From positions 1,455 to 65,454 of the forward strand of contig JAONJW010000008.1 of the NCBI GenBank assembly GCA_028377305.1: a stretch of DNA of 64,000 bases, given 5' to 3'. A program made the translations under genes and the position numbers. This DNA comes from Prolixibacteraceae bacterium. Lineage in GTDB: Bacteria > Bacteroidota > Bacteroidia > Bacteroidales > Prolixibacteraceae. This document shows positions 9,380 to 18,943 of this stretch, in pieces. The notes beneath the pieces were generated by a model, which saw nothing but the letters and a program-made list of their open reading frames with translations, did no database searches and had not been told where the DNA came from. Each line of letters starts with the position of its first letter. The first letter of the stretch is position 1.

Positions 9380-10769
9380 GGTAGTGTAAATTAAACTCTG
9401 TCTGTGTTATTTTTATGTAGTGTTCTAAATATACTGTTTTTAATTCCCTGTAAGTTCATTTTTGAAAGTTTTCTTCATTAAAACTTTTCAACCTTTGCAT
9501 CTTACTGGGTTTTAAATGCCAACAGGCATTCTTTCTCCATATTTGATCCTGAGCTGCTGTATAATTGTAGTCCAGTTTTCAATTGATCGATTCCACTTCT
9601 TTTCAATATTTACTGTTGCTAGATATATTAACTTCCTCAATGCCATATCATTTGGGAAGACTCCCTTTGTTTTTGTTACTTTTCGAACTTGACGATGAAA
9701 GCCCTCTGCTGGGTTTGTTGTGTAGATCATGGTTCTTATTGATTGTTCAAACTCAAAAAAGGCACTTAATTTATGCCAATTACGATTCCATGATTCAATA
9801 ACTATTGGATACTTATTTCCCCATTTCTGCTCTAACTCTTTTAAACTACCCTCTGCTTGTTCGAGGTTAACAGCTTTGTAAACAGGCTTTAAATCTGCCA
9901 TAAACTCTTTTTTGTATTTATGAGTGATGTACTTCATCGAGTTTCTTATTTGATGCACGATACAGGATTGAACTGTAACAGATGGAAAGATTGCCTCAAT
10001 AGCCTCAGCAAAACCTTTTAGGTTATCGATGCATGCAATCAATATATCATTTACACCTTTATTTTTAAGATCTGTCAGGACATTTAGCCAAAACTTTGCC
10101 CCTTCACTTTCTGATACATACATGCCAATTAAGGACTTGTGTCCATTCTTATCAATAGCAAGTACATTGTACACAGCTCGGCTTACAACGTGCCCCCCTT
10201 CCTTGACTTTATAATGCATTGCATCAAGCCATTCAATGGGATATGCCTCATCTACGGCCGGTTTTGCCACTCCTTTACCATAGGTATAACTCGCTCTGTT
10301 ATCTCACTAAGTGTGGTATGTGAGATACTCATGTTATATATCTCTTCGATATGAGTAGATATATCTCTAAAGCTCATCCCTCTGCCATACAGACTGAGAA
10401 TCTGACGCTCCAAAGTATCACTCATTATACGCTCTCGCTTCTTAACGATCACTGGATCAAAATCATTATAACGGTCTTGTGGTGTATCAATCCCAACTTC
10501 CCCTGATAAAGTTTTCAAAGTCTTTTTCCCTCTACCATTGCGCTTATTGCCTCGACTACGCTCTTGTGAATCTAAATAGGTCTCAATCTCAGACTCTAAA
10601 GCTGCCTCAATAAACTCTTTAATCAATGGGACAAAGGCTCCATCCTTACCTGTTAGATTACCTCCGTTCCGGATCTGATCTAAGGCCTTAACTCTTACTT
10701 CTTCTAAATCAACTCTTTTCATATATCCTAAATTTAAGAAAATCTAGACAGAGTTAATTTTACACCGTC
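9380..10769 (-). mobile_element. IS256-family element
   Basis: Imperfect 24-bp terminal IRs (9380-9403 GGTAGTGTAAATTAAACTCTGTCT; 10746-10769, 19/24 match) around a Mutator-type transposase. Confidence 0.9.
9512..10722 (-). pseudogene. IS256 transposase split by a 1-bp frameshift near 10255
   Basis: ORFs 10252..10722 and 9512..10270 rejoin as WQNRP(L)DEAYPI.WLDAMHYKV if one base is restored. Also CIDNLKGF, QSCIVHQIRNS, IYTTN motifs. Confidence 0.9.
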
Positions 10770-10805
10770 TGAATCGAAATATTGACCTGTAGCATTACAT
10801 AAGAT

Positions 10806-11708
10806 TTACGGAACTCTCACACCCATTGATGCTTCATAAATACCAAACCACTGCTCGATGGAAAGCGAAAAGTTCATAGAGTCCACAGCTTCCTCTAGTC
10901 GATCCCATTTACCTGAGCCTAAAATTGGCATGATTCCAATCGGGTGACTTAACAACCACAACAAAGCAACTTGTGAAATAGAAGCTCCTCCAACTTCTTC
11001 TCCAATCTCATTCAGCTTTGCTACAATCCGACTGGATTGTTTATCTTCAGGATTGAATAAAACTCCTCGTGCCAGTGGAGACCATGCCATTGGTTTTACC
11101 CGCTGTTTTAGTAAGAAATCAATATTACCATTATCAAAATGTTCTAGAGCCCCGACGGACAATTCTATTTGATTGGTAACCAAAGACTCAGACAGATAGC
11201 TTTCCAACATACTGTACTGTATCGGAGTAAAGTTGGAGACTCCAAATGACAATACTTTACCATTAGACTTTAAATGATCAAATGCCTTTGCAACCTCTTC
11301 AGGGACCATAAACGGAGATGGACGATGAAGCAGTAGTATATCAATATGATCAGTTGAAAGGTTTTTCAATGATTGCTCGACTGTCCCCACAATATGGCTA
11401 TAACTATAGTCATAATGTTTTACCTTACGCTCTGGAAATTTCGATGATAAGAGCTTAATTCCACATTTACTAATAATCTGGATCTTATTGCGTAGGGCTG
11501 GATCTCTCTTTAAAACTTGACCTAGATGGTTTTCACATGTGTAGTCTCCATATATATCCGCATGATCAAATGTTGTTATTCCAATATCTTGAAGTTTGTA
11601 TATTAAATCCTTAAACTCATCCATTTGGTACCCCCACTCATTCACCCTCCAATGACCATGTATTAACCTAGAAATTGAAAGGCCTTTGGTAATTTCGACA
11701 CGCTCCAT
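10806..11708 (-). CDS. Aldo/keto reductase (YdhF-like)
   Basis: GITTFDHADIYG, KCGI, IDILLLHRP, GVSNF, NQIE, AWSPL motifs. Confidence 0.92.
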   Translation of the reverse strand: MERVEITKGLSISRLIHGHWRVNEWGYQMDEFKDLIYKLQDIGITTFDHADIYGDYTCENHLGQVLKRDPALRNKIQIISKCGIKLLSSKFPERKVKHYDYSYSHIVGTVEQSLKNLSTDHIDILLLHRPSPFMVPEEVAKAFDHLKSNGKVLSFGVSNFTPIQYSMLESYLSESLVTNQIELSVGALEHFDNGNIDFLLKQRVKPMAWSPLARGVLFNPEDKQSSRIVAKLNEIGEEVGGASISQVALLWLLSHPIGIMPILGSGKWDRLEEAVDSMNFSLSIEQWFGIYEASMGVRVP

Positions 11709-11889
11709 ATCATATATTATTGTAGTTATTACTAAATTATTAAGCCGACGGCAGTATTTCGATAATTACAATTGAGCAAACATCATATTATCAGTAATAT
11801 ATATTTTTAATATTATCGATCAATCGACGTTGGGTTAATAATAACGCAACTTCCCCACAATTGTTTTCATAAACAAGCTCATGATACGA

Positions 11890-12234
11890 ATCCGTAAATT
11901 GATATCGGTAAAGTTTACTCTCCTTTCTGTGATTGCCTATTGACTATGTCGATATGGATTACTTGAATTCTTATACTCTGGGTCACACAACCCCGGAGCT
12001 AACCACAGATCTATTTCATAAGCAAACCCAATCGATCCGATGCTGTTTATTACCATTGTATGCGGGACAATTTCGATATTTAATACAACTCAATCACCGA
12101 TGATATCACGCTGTTTGACCTACGAAAAGCTTGGGCGTCGCATATTCTATGAGACATTGATCACAGAAGGTATGTTACAGTATTTTTTGACAAAAATAGT
12201 TATAACTTACATTCTCGCGACGAAAGACGGTTAA
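11890..12234 (+). pseudogene. cstA: Internal fragment of carbon starvation protein A (CstA), frameshifted
   Basis: PMLFITIVCGTISIFNTTQSPMISRCLTYEKLGRRIFYETLITEG matches the CstA signature LFITIACGAISGFHATQSP..ARC...E..GR..FYG.M..EG. Upstream IGKVYS.F..CLLTM lies in another frame. Confidence 0.8.
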
Positions 12235-12327
12235 GAACGAACAACCCTAAAGATATAAGTCTTGATTGTAGGACCTATACAAGAACAAATTGAACTTGTC
12301 ATTGTTTCTGTTTATAATATTAAATCT

Positions 12328-12566
12328 GTGCATAATACCTTAATTATTTGCGCTCACAATGAGAAGCATGGTTATCTAAGAGAGATTCATAAAACCGTTT
12401 CTACCTCACTTACCTCCAATGGACCTAAAGTAATGGCTATTAATCTATACAAAGAGCATTTTGATCCTATTAGAACAGAACTTGAAGATCATTCATTTAA
12501 AGTGGGGATTGAGCCTCCTATAGATATACAACATCACACGAACCAACTGAAAGATGCAAATCAAAT
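12328..12566 (+). pseudogene. NAD(P)H-quinone oxidoreductase (flavodoxin-2 fold), 5' half
   Basis: TLIICAH...G.KVMAINLYKEHFDP...DIQ....LKDANQ resembles the KefF/MdaB family N-terminus; interrupted by IS30. Confidence 0.7.
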
Positions 12567-13699
12567 CTTGCATTCAAATCATAAATGCAACACTACATTT
12601 ATAACAAAGGAGAGCTTTTGCTATAGATTAAGAGGGACAAAAAAGAAGGATTACTCCTCCTAAATACTAAGTTTGTCCAAACTATTATTTACACATTAAC
12701 CCGTCAAGATATAGTATATAAATGGGATAGTTAGTAATAAAACAAAGACACCTAATAGAATTGATGCTTGCAACAGGGGCTAGTTATGCATCAATAGGCT
12801 CCGCAATAAACAAACACAAGTCTGTAGTAAGTAGAGAAATAACAAGGAATAGTAATCCAGATACTGGATGTTATTGTGCGATCTATGCAGAAGCTTTATG
12901 TAGAGAAAGACATCGAAATAAACGAAAACAGATTGTATTAGATAGAGCGATGAAAGACTACGTTATACATTATATAAAGAAAGGATTAAGTCCTGAACAG
13001 ATTCATGGCAGGAGCAAATTAAAGGGGATTACATGTGTATCCCATGAAACCATATATACTTATGTGTGAGAGAATAAGAAGTCTGGTGGTGAGCTATATA
13101 AGTCACTAAGGCAAAAACATAAGAAATACTAAAAGAGAGGAGCAAAAAACGAATTTCGAGGTAAAATGGAAGGCCGTATAAGTATGGACGAACGTCCTAA
13201 AATGGTAGAAGATAAACAACGCTTTGGTGACCTCGAAATAGATACTATTATTGGGAAAAATCGAAAAGGGGCTATTCTTACGATTAACGACAGGGGCACT
13301 GGACTATGCTGGATAAGGTTGTTAAACGGAAAGAATGCTAAAGCGCTTGCTGAGAAAACGATCGAAGCATTAACCCCTTTAAAACACCTAATACACACCA
13401 TCACTTCTGATAATGGAAGAGAGTTCTATGAGCATATTGCAGAATCACGAAAGGTCGATTTCTACTTTGCTCATCCATAGCATTATTGGGAAAGAGGTGC
13501 AAATGAAAACCTTAATGGTTTAATTAGACAGTATATACCAAAAGGGAGTTCTTTTGAGAACTTAACTCAAAAGGAAATGGACTGGATACAGTCTAAGCTT
13601 AATGATAGACCCCGTAAGAGATCTGGATACCACAAGCCTATTAAAATGTATAATAATTTAAAGCTTAATAGAAAAGTTGCATTTGTCGCTTGAATTCAC
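12567..13699 (+). mobile_element. IS30-family element, inactive
   Basis: Imperfect 25-bp IRs (12568-12592 and 13675-13699, 18/25 match); possible 2-bp AT target duplication at 12565-66 and 13700-01. Confidence 0.85.
12761..13693 (+). pseudogene. IS30 transposase with in-frame stops
   Basis: HKSVVSREITRN, LSPEQI.GR, SHETIY, GDLEIDTIIG, TITSDNGREF, WERGANENLNGLIRQYIPK, LNDRPRK all in one frame, broken by TGA (13067), TAA (13130) and TAG (13478). Confidence 0.9.
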
Positions 13700-14044
13700 A
13701 TGTTTCCTTTATGGTAGCATGGCTATCCTGCAATTATAAAAGGATGGATAGAGAGATTATTCTCACCAACTATTTTAAAATAGTTACTCTCCTATTTCAA
13801 GACATATCAAAACACAAGTCAAGCTTATGACGTTTTTGAAAAGCTATGGATGGGGGAGAATATTATAGAAACAAAAAAAGTATTAGATATAATATTAAAT
13901 CAAGGAGTCTGGGATAGACTTGGTTATCAGACAACACCCATTATATGGCTAAATGACCAAAAGGATCTTTCGCATATAAAAAAAGAAGATCAACGGAACC
14001 GGATCATTGACAGGGTACAACTTAATGTTTCTCTAGATAACTAA
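13700..14044 (+). pseudogene. NAD(P)H-quinone oxidoreductase, 3' half
   Basis: MFPLW*HGYPAIIKGWIERLF matches the family motif P.WW...PA.LKGW.DRVF; contains additional stops. Confidence 0.75.
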
Positions 14045-14081
14045 AAAAAATGGTAGCATCCTTTATAAAGCTACCATTTTT
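14043..14081. terminator. Bidirectional intrinsic terminator
   Basis: AAAAATGGTAGC/GCTACCATTTTT inverted repeat. Confidence 0.7.
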
Positions 14082-14116
14082 AATATTATAAATAAAGACA
14101 TCAATACAATAAATGA

Positions 14117-15601
14117 TTACCATTTAGTATTTCTCATATCTTTCGTATCAGCAAATTCAAGGTGCATATTAAATGCAGAGCCTAGAGTTTGAGGTGTGTG
14201 AACAATCTTTTCATTCAACTTCAAATAACCTCTCAACATCTCTTTGTACTCAGGATGAACACAATTATCGATAATGGTCTCAGCTCTTTGACGTGGACTC
14301 TTTCCTCTCAAATCAGCAATACCTTGCTCAGTAATGATAATTTTCACTGAGTGCTCAGAGTGGTCTTGGTGAGAAACCATAGGAACAATAGTACTAATGG
14401 CACCTCCTTTAGCAATAGAAGGGCAAGTAAAGATAGACAGAAAACTGTTACGAGTAAAGTCACCTGAACCACCAACCCCATTCATCATTGTTGTTCCTAA
14501 AACGTGAGTACTGTTTACATTACCAAAGATATCTGCTTCCAATGCAGTATTAATTGTAATCAGACCTAATTGACGCACAACCTCTGGATTATTTGAGATT
14601 TCTTGAGGACGAAGTACTAACTTATCTTTAAAGAAATCGTAGTCACGGTAGATACCATCAAGCTCATCTGGAGTTACAGTAAGAGAACATCCACTTGCAA
14701 AAGTAATGTCACCTTTACGTATCAATCCAATAACTGAATCTTGGATTACCTCAGTATACATTCTGAACGGTGGAATATCTGGATTTGAACCAAGTGCACC
14801 TAACACTGCATTTGCAATATTACCTACACCTGATTGAATTGGTAAAAACTCCTTAGGGATAGTTCCTTTTTTCAATTCACTAGCTAAAAATTTAGCCACA
14901 TTCTCACCAATTTTTGTTGTCACCTCATCTGCTGGTGCAAAAGCCCCTACTTCATCTTTACGATTAGTCTCAACAATACCGATGATCTTTGCAGGGTCAA
15001 CTTTTATCACAGGGGAACCAATACGTGTTTCAGGATTCTCTACAGGAATCTCCTTACGATAAGGAGGATCAAGCGGCTCATAGATATCGTGAAGACCTCT
15101 AATATAAGACGGGTGGTTGATATTCTTTTCTAGAATCACTTTTTTTGCTAAACGAATAGCTGTTGGAGAAATACCTACACCTGAAGTTAGAACTATTTCA
15201 CCATCTTCAGTAACATCTGCGACCTCAACAATAGCTACATCGATATCGCCGAAGAAACCATAACGCATCTCTTGTGCAACCACAGACAAGTGAAGATCAA
15301 AATACTCAGCAGAACCATTATTCAAGGCCTTACGAAGGTCTTTATTTGATTGGTATGGAGTACGGAATTTAACTGCATTAGCACGAGCCAAAGCACCATC
15401 AAGTGAGTCTCCTGTTGAGGCTCCAGTAATGATTCCAATTTTAAATTGTTCTCCTTTAGCATGAAAATCTTCTGCACGCTTAGCAATCGCAGTAGGAATA
15501 TCTTTAGGCGATCCAGCTGGAGTAAATCCACTGAACGCCACAGTATCATCATGTTGAACGTATGATGCTGCTTCTTCCGGTGTTAATATTTTATATGACA
15601 T
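14117..15601 (-). CDS. Succinate CoA-transferase (acetyl-CoA hydrolase/transferase family, ScpC/Cat1-like)
   Basis: FSGFTPAG.PK, GASTG, LPIQSGVGNIANAV, YTEVIQD, LRPQEISNNPE, NGVGGSGDF.RN motifs. Confidence 0.93.
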   Translation of the reverse strand: MSYKILTPEEAASYVQHDDTVAFSGFTPAGSPKDIPTAIAKRAEDFHAKGEQFKIGIITGASTGDSLDGALARANAVKFRTPYQSNKDLRKALNNGSAEYFDLHLSVVAQEMRYGFFGDIDVAIVEVADVTEDGEIVLTSGVGISPTAIRLAKKVILEKNINHPSYIRGLHDIYEPLDPPYRKEIPVENPETRIGSPVIKVDPAKIIGIVETNRKDEVGAFAPADEVTTKIGENVAKFLASELKKGTIPKEFLPIQSGVGNIANAVLGALGSNPDIPPFRMYTEVIQDSVIGLIRKGDITFASGCSLTVTPDELDGIYRDYDFFKDKLVLRPQEISNNPEVVRQLGLITINTALEADIFGNVNSTHVLGTTMMNGVGGSGDFTRNSFLSIFTCPSIAKGGAISTIVPMVSHQDHSEHSVKIIITEQGIADLRGKSPRQRAETIIDNCVHPEYKEMLRGYLKLNEKIVHTPQTLGSAFNMHLEFADTKDMRNTKW

Positions 15602-15634
15602 ATCAGCAATATTGCAATGAATTTTTACGAGTCA

Positions 15635-15642
15635 CAAATATA
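15635..15642 (-). promoter_or_regulatory. Bacteroidota primary-sigma -7 box (TATATTTG)
   Basis: Matches TAnnTTTG, about 33 nt upstream of the CoA-transferase start. Confidence 0.65.
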
Positions 15643-16149
15643 ACGAGGCAGAATGTAAAATGATAAAAAATTTTAATAAATATAAGTCAATAATTAAAAC
15701 AAGGTCTCTATCACACAAAAGCAAGGACACCCGACCTTACACAAAAACACATCACAACACACTACCCATCAACACAATAACTAAACAAACCACATCAAAC
15801 ACAACTCTCAAATTTTTAAAATTAACCATTTAATTTAGACCCTTTCTAATCCAATTGAGAACCATTTGATCGTATCTAATCTTAGCTAAACTATTTTACA
15901 TTATTTGTATTTATTAATTCCAATTTTATTAAAGAAACGTTGGCAAGCATCTAATAAATAATGATGTAGGTTATAATAATATAATTTTAATGTTATTAAC
16001 ACACAATAAAAACATGACACACATTGACGAACTTAGTAACAGGGGTGACAAACATTTGTATTTCCCTCACAAAACAAAATGTGTTACTCCCTTTCAGTAA
16101 AGGATCAAAATGATTTAATTTGCAATGATGACAATTAATGTACACATAG

Positions 16150-17808
16150 ATGACAGATATTAGCGATTATATTTACCCTATTACAGCGGAGCATATTGGA
16201 CCTAAAACAGCATTTACATACCCCTTTCAATACACTCCTCATCCACTTGTTTATAAGGCAAGTGGAGAAGTTATTAAACATTTGAAACGAGTATTTACAG
16301 ATCCCAAATTTGCCCAAAAAGTAAATCAAAAGATGTATGGAATACTTATTGTTTCAGACTCCAAAGGTCATATAGGATATCTGATAGCCATATCTGGTAT
16401 CAACCCAGACATCTCAGATCAGTTACGCATTGTACCATCTATCGTATCCTTAGAAACAAAAGATGGATTTTTCCGAGAGGAAGAAAAATATATTACTAGA
16501 CTCAACCACTTAATCTCTGAAATTGAAAATAATAGCTTTTACAAATCCAAGACAGATGAATATGATAAGGTAACTGAGCAAAACACCATCTTTCTTCGAG
16601 AAGCGAAAATAGCAAAACAAATAGCCAAGCAGAAGCGAGATGCCCTGAGAGCATCCTATTCTCAAATGCAATATGAAGAACAAATTGCAATAGACAAATT
16701 GCTAAATTACGAGAGTCAACAGGTAAAAAAAGAATACAAGGTTGAGAAAAATGCTAGAAAAGCCCATGAAGAGTCCCTGTATGTTGATATCAATAAATAT
16801 AACACGCTACTTAATGATCTAAAAAGTATTCGAAAAAAAATGTCTCAGACACTTCAAAGAAGAATATTTAAACAATACGACCTTTTTAATGGCTTAGGAA
16901 ACAAAATCGATCTAGTGGATTTATTTCAACAAAGTAAAGGTGTAAATCCACCTGCTGGAGCTGGAGATTGTGCTGCGCCAAAACTTCTTCAATTTGCTTA
17001 CCAAAACAATCTCAAACCAGTTTTTATGGGTGAATTTTGGTGGGATCCTGAAAATCAAGATGAGCTAAAAAAGCACATGCACTTCTACCCATCGTGCAAA
17101 AATAAATGTCAACCTATTCTCACTTACATGCTTCAAGGAATTGAAGTTGAGCCAAATCCCATCACAATCACTGCAAACAAACATTATGAACTCGAAATGC
17201 TTTATGAGGATGAATATATCATGGCAGTAAACAAACCATCCGGGCTGCTTTCTGTTCCGGGCAAAGAGATTCAAAACTCAGTTTACCAGGTCATTCATGA
17301 CAAACACCCTGAATTTGAAGGCCCTCTCCTAGTTCATCGTCTAGACATGTCTACATCTGGCATTTTAATCGTCACAAAAGATCTTGAAACTTACAAAAGG
17401 ATACAAAAGCAGTTTCTTCAAAAGAAAATACATAAAAAATATATAGCTCTCGTAAAGGGTAATATACCAAGTGATCACGGAGTAATATCTCTTCCGCTAC
17501 GTGTTGATCTAGACAATAGACCACTACAAATGATTTGTGAGAAATACGGGAAAGAAGCAATCACAAACTGGGAAAAAATATCCAGTTCTGATGGAGTAAC
17601 TAAACTCTCACTCTATCCTATTACAGGAAGAACCCATCAACTCAGGGTTCATTGTGCCCACTCAAAGGGGTTAAACAGCCCAATTATAGGAGACGATTTA
17701 TATGGTAAAGCAAACAAGACGAGGCTATGCCTTCATGCAGAACAAATCACATTTGAACATCCCTACACACAAAATATTATAACGATAAGCTGTATCCCTC
17801 CTTTCTAG
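16150..17808 (+). CDS. RluA-family pseudouridine synthase with long N-terminal extension
   Basis: VNKPSGLLSVPG, VHRLDMSTSG (catalytic Asp), PITGRTHQLRVH, PIIGDDLYG, RLCLHAE. Confidence 0.93.
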   Translation: MTDISDYIYPITAEHIGPKTAFTYPFQYTPHPLVYKASGEVIKHLKRVFTDPKFAQKVNQKMYGILIVSDSKGHIGYLIAISGINPDISDQLRIVPSIVSLETKDGFFREEEKYITRLNHLISEIENNSFYKSKTDEYDKVTEQNTIFLREAKIAKQIAKQKRDALRASYSQMQYEEQIAIDKLLNYESQQVKKEYKVEKNARKAHEESLYVDINKYNTLLNDLKSIRKKMSQTLQRRIFKQYDLFNGLGNKIDLVDLFQQSKGVNPPAGAGDCAAPKLLQFAYQNNLKPVFMGEFWWDPENQDELKKHMHFYPSCKNKCQPILTYMLQGIEVEPNPITITANKHYELEMLYEDEYIMAVNKPSGLLSVPGKEIQNSVYQVIHDKHPEFEGPLLVHRLDMSTSGILIVTKDLETYKRIQKQFLQKKIHKKYIALVKGNIPSDHGVISLPLRVDLDNRPLQMICEKYGKEAITNWEKISSSDGVTKLSLYPITGRTHQLRVHCAHSKGLNSPIIGDDLYGKANKTRLCLHAEQITFEHPYTQNIITISCIPPF

Positions 17809-17984
17809 AAATGGATAAAAACGTATAATCATAAATAATATTGTAATTAAATATCATTTATTTTGGAGATATACAAAAAAAACATATATTTACAAAAAAT
17901 TATTCAATTCACTTATATATAAACATTTAAAGCACATTGCCTATCGACACGATTCTACCTTTATAACCAACTCAAACTATATAG

Positions 17985-18581
17985 ATGAATCAAAACAATT
18001 TAATCCCCGATCAGACACTAGTACAGAAGTATCTAGACGGCGATGATTATGCTTTAGACGTGTTAATAACACGTCATAGAAATCGATTGTTTACTTATAT
18101 TGTAATGGTGGTAAAATGTCATTCTCTTGCAGAAGATGTTTTACAGGACACTTTTATTAAGATTATACATTCTTTAAAGAATGGAAAATATAAAGACAAT
18201 GGGAAGTTTATTTCTTGGGCAGTAAGAATTGCACACAACCTTATCATAGATCATTTTCGCAAAGAAAAACATCTGAACACAATATCTAATGACAATTGTG
18301 AAGCCGATTTGTTTAACTCGACGCAATTCTCTGACATCAGTATTGAAACAGAAATGATCAATGACCAAGTGATATATGAAGTAGGTGAAATTATGAATCT
18401 ACTTCCAAAAGATCAACAAGAAATTATCAAACTTAGACACTATTATGGTCTTAGTTTCAAAGAAATTGCAGAACAAACTAACGTTAGTATCAATACAGCT
18501 TTGGGCAGAATGCGATATGCATTGATTAACATGCGTAAGATAGTTGATGATAAAAACATTGAGCTTACACTATGTAGCTAA
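17985..18581 (+). CDS. ECF sigma-70 factor
   Basis: Region 2 (AEDVLQDTFIK..GKFISW..RIAHNLIIDHFRK) and region 4 (LP..QQEII.LR.Y..LSFKEIAE...SINTALGRMRYAL). Confidence 0.93.
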   Translation: MNQNNLIPDQTLVQKYLDGDDYALDVLITRHRNRLFTYIVMVVKCHSLAEDVLQDTFIKIIHSLKNGKYKDNGKFISWAVRIAHNLIIDHFRKEKHLNTISNDNCEADLFNSTQFSDISIETEMINDQVIYEVGEIMNLLPKDQQEIIKLRHYYGLSFKEIAEQTNVSINTALGRMRYALINMRKIVDDKNIELTLCS

Positions 18582-18645
18582 AACTCTTTCATAATACCCT
18601 ACTTCTTTTATCGGAAGATCTATATAGAATGAGTATTAAATCTAT

Positions 18646-18688
18646 TAATCTCGGTCATCTTATGTCAGACATAAGATGACCGAGATTA
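18646..18688. repeat. Perfect 21-bp-arm inverted repeat with a 1-nt centre (probable terminator of the sigma gene)
   Basis: TAATCTCGGTCATCTTATGTC-A-GACATAAGATGACCGAGATTA, checked base by base. Confidence 0.9.
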
Positions 18689-18943
18689 TTTCCAAAGCAC
18701 TATCCTAAATAGACCTAATCTAAAGATTGTTTGATATTTAATCAAAACTTACCTCTTAACATCAACCCTTCTTTAGGACTCCAGTTGATTCACACATTAT
18801 TTCTTTTATCATCTCAAGATAATAAAGACCTTCAATTATTGATAAAATAACAATAATAACACACAAGTACTTACGATCTGTAGTTTATTAAGTAAATAAA
18901 TCGTTTATTTGCGACAGTTTATAATCTAAGTATATTTCAATCC

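Noticed and set aside
10245-10275. Programmed frameshift in the IS256 transposase
   Set aside because: No slippery heptamer is present and IS256 transposases are single ORFs; a 1-bp deletion (or sequencing error) explains it.
8410-10776. CTGAATCG at both 8410 and 10769 as a target duplication of an IS3+IS256 unit
   Set aside because: It does not abut the IS3 end and overlaps the IS256 IR by one base; most likely chance.
7195-13699. Composite transposon of two IS30 copies carrying sodN
   Set aside because: The copies differ greatly in decay, and the right copy is a simple insertion with both halves of its target gene flanking it.
12761-13720. Multiple in-frame stops suggesting stop-codon recoding
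   Set aside because: All three stop types occur, at positions expected to be different residues, and only in IS or pseudogene DNA. Housekeeping genes are uninterrupted, so this is decay.
15835-15849. TTAGA-N5-TCTAA palindrome (similar at about 18709) as an iron-regulator box
   Set aside because: Short and AT-rich, far from start codons, and the adjacent genes are not iron-related; cannot be supported.
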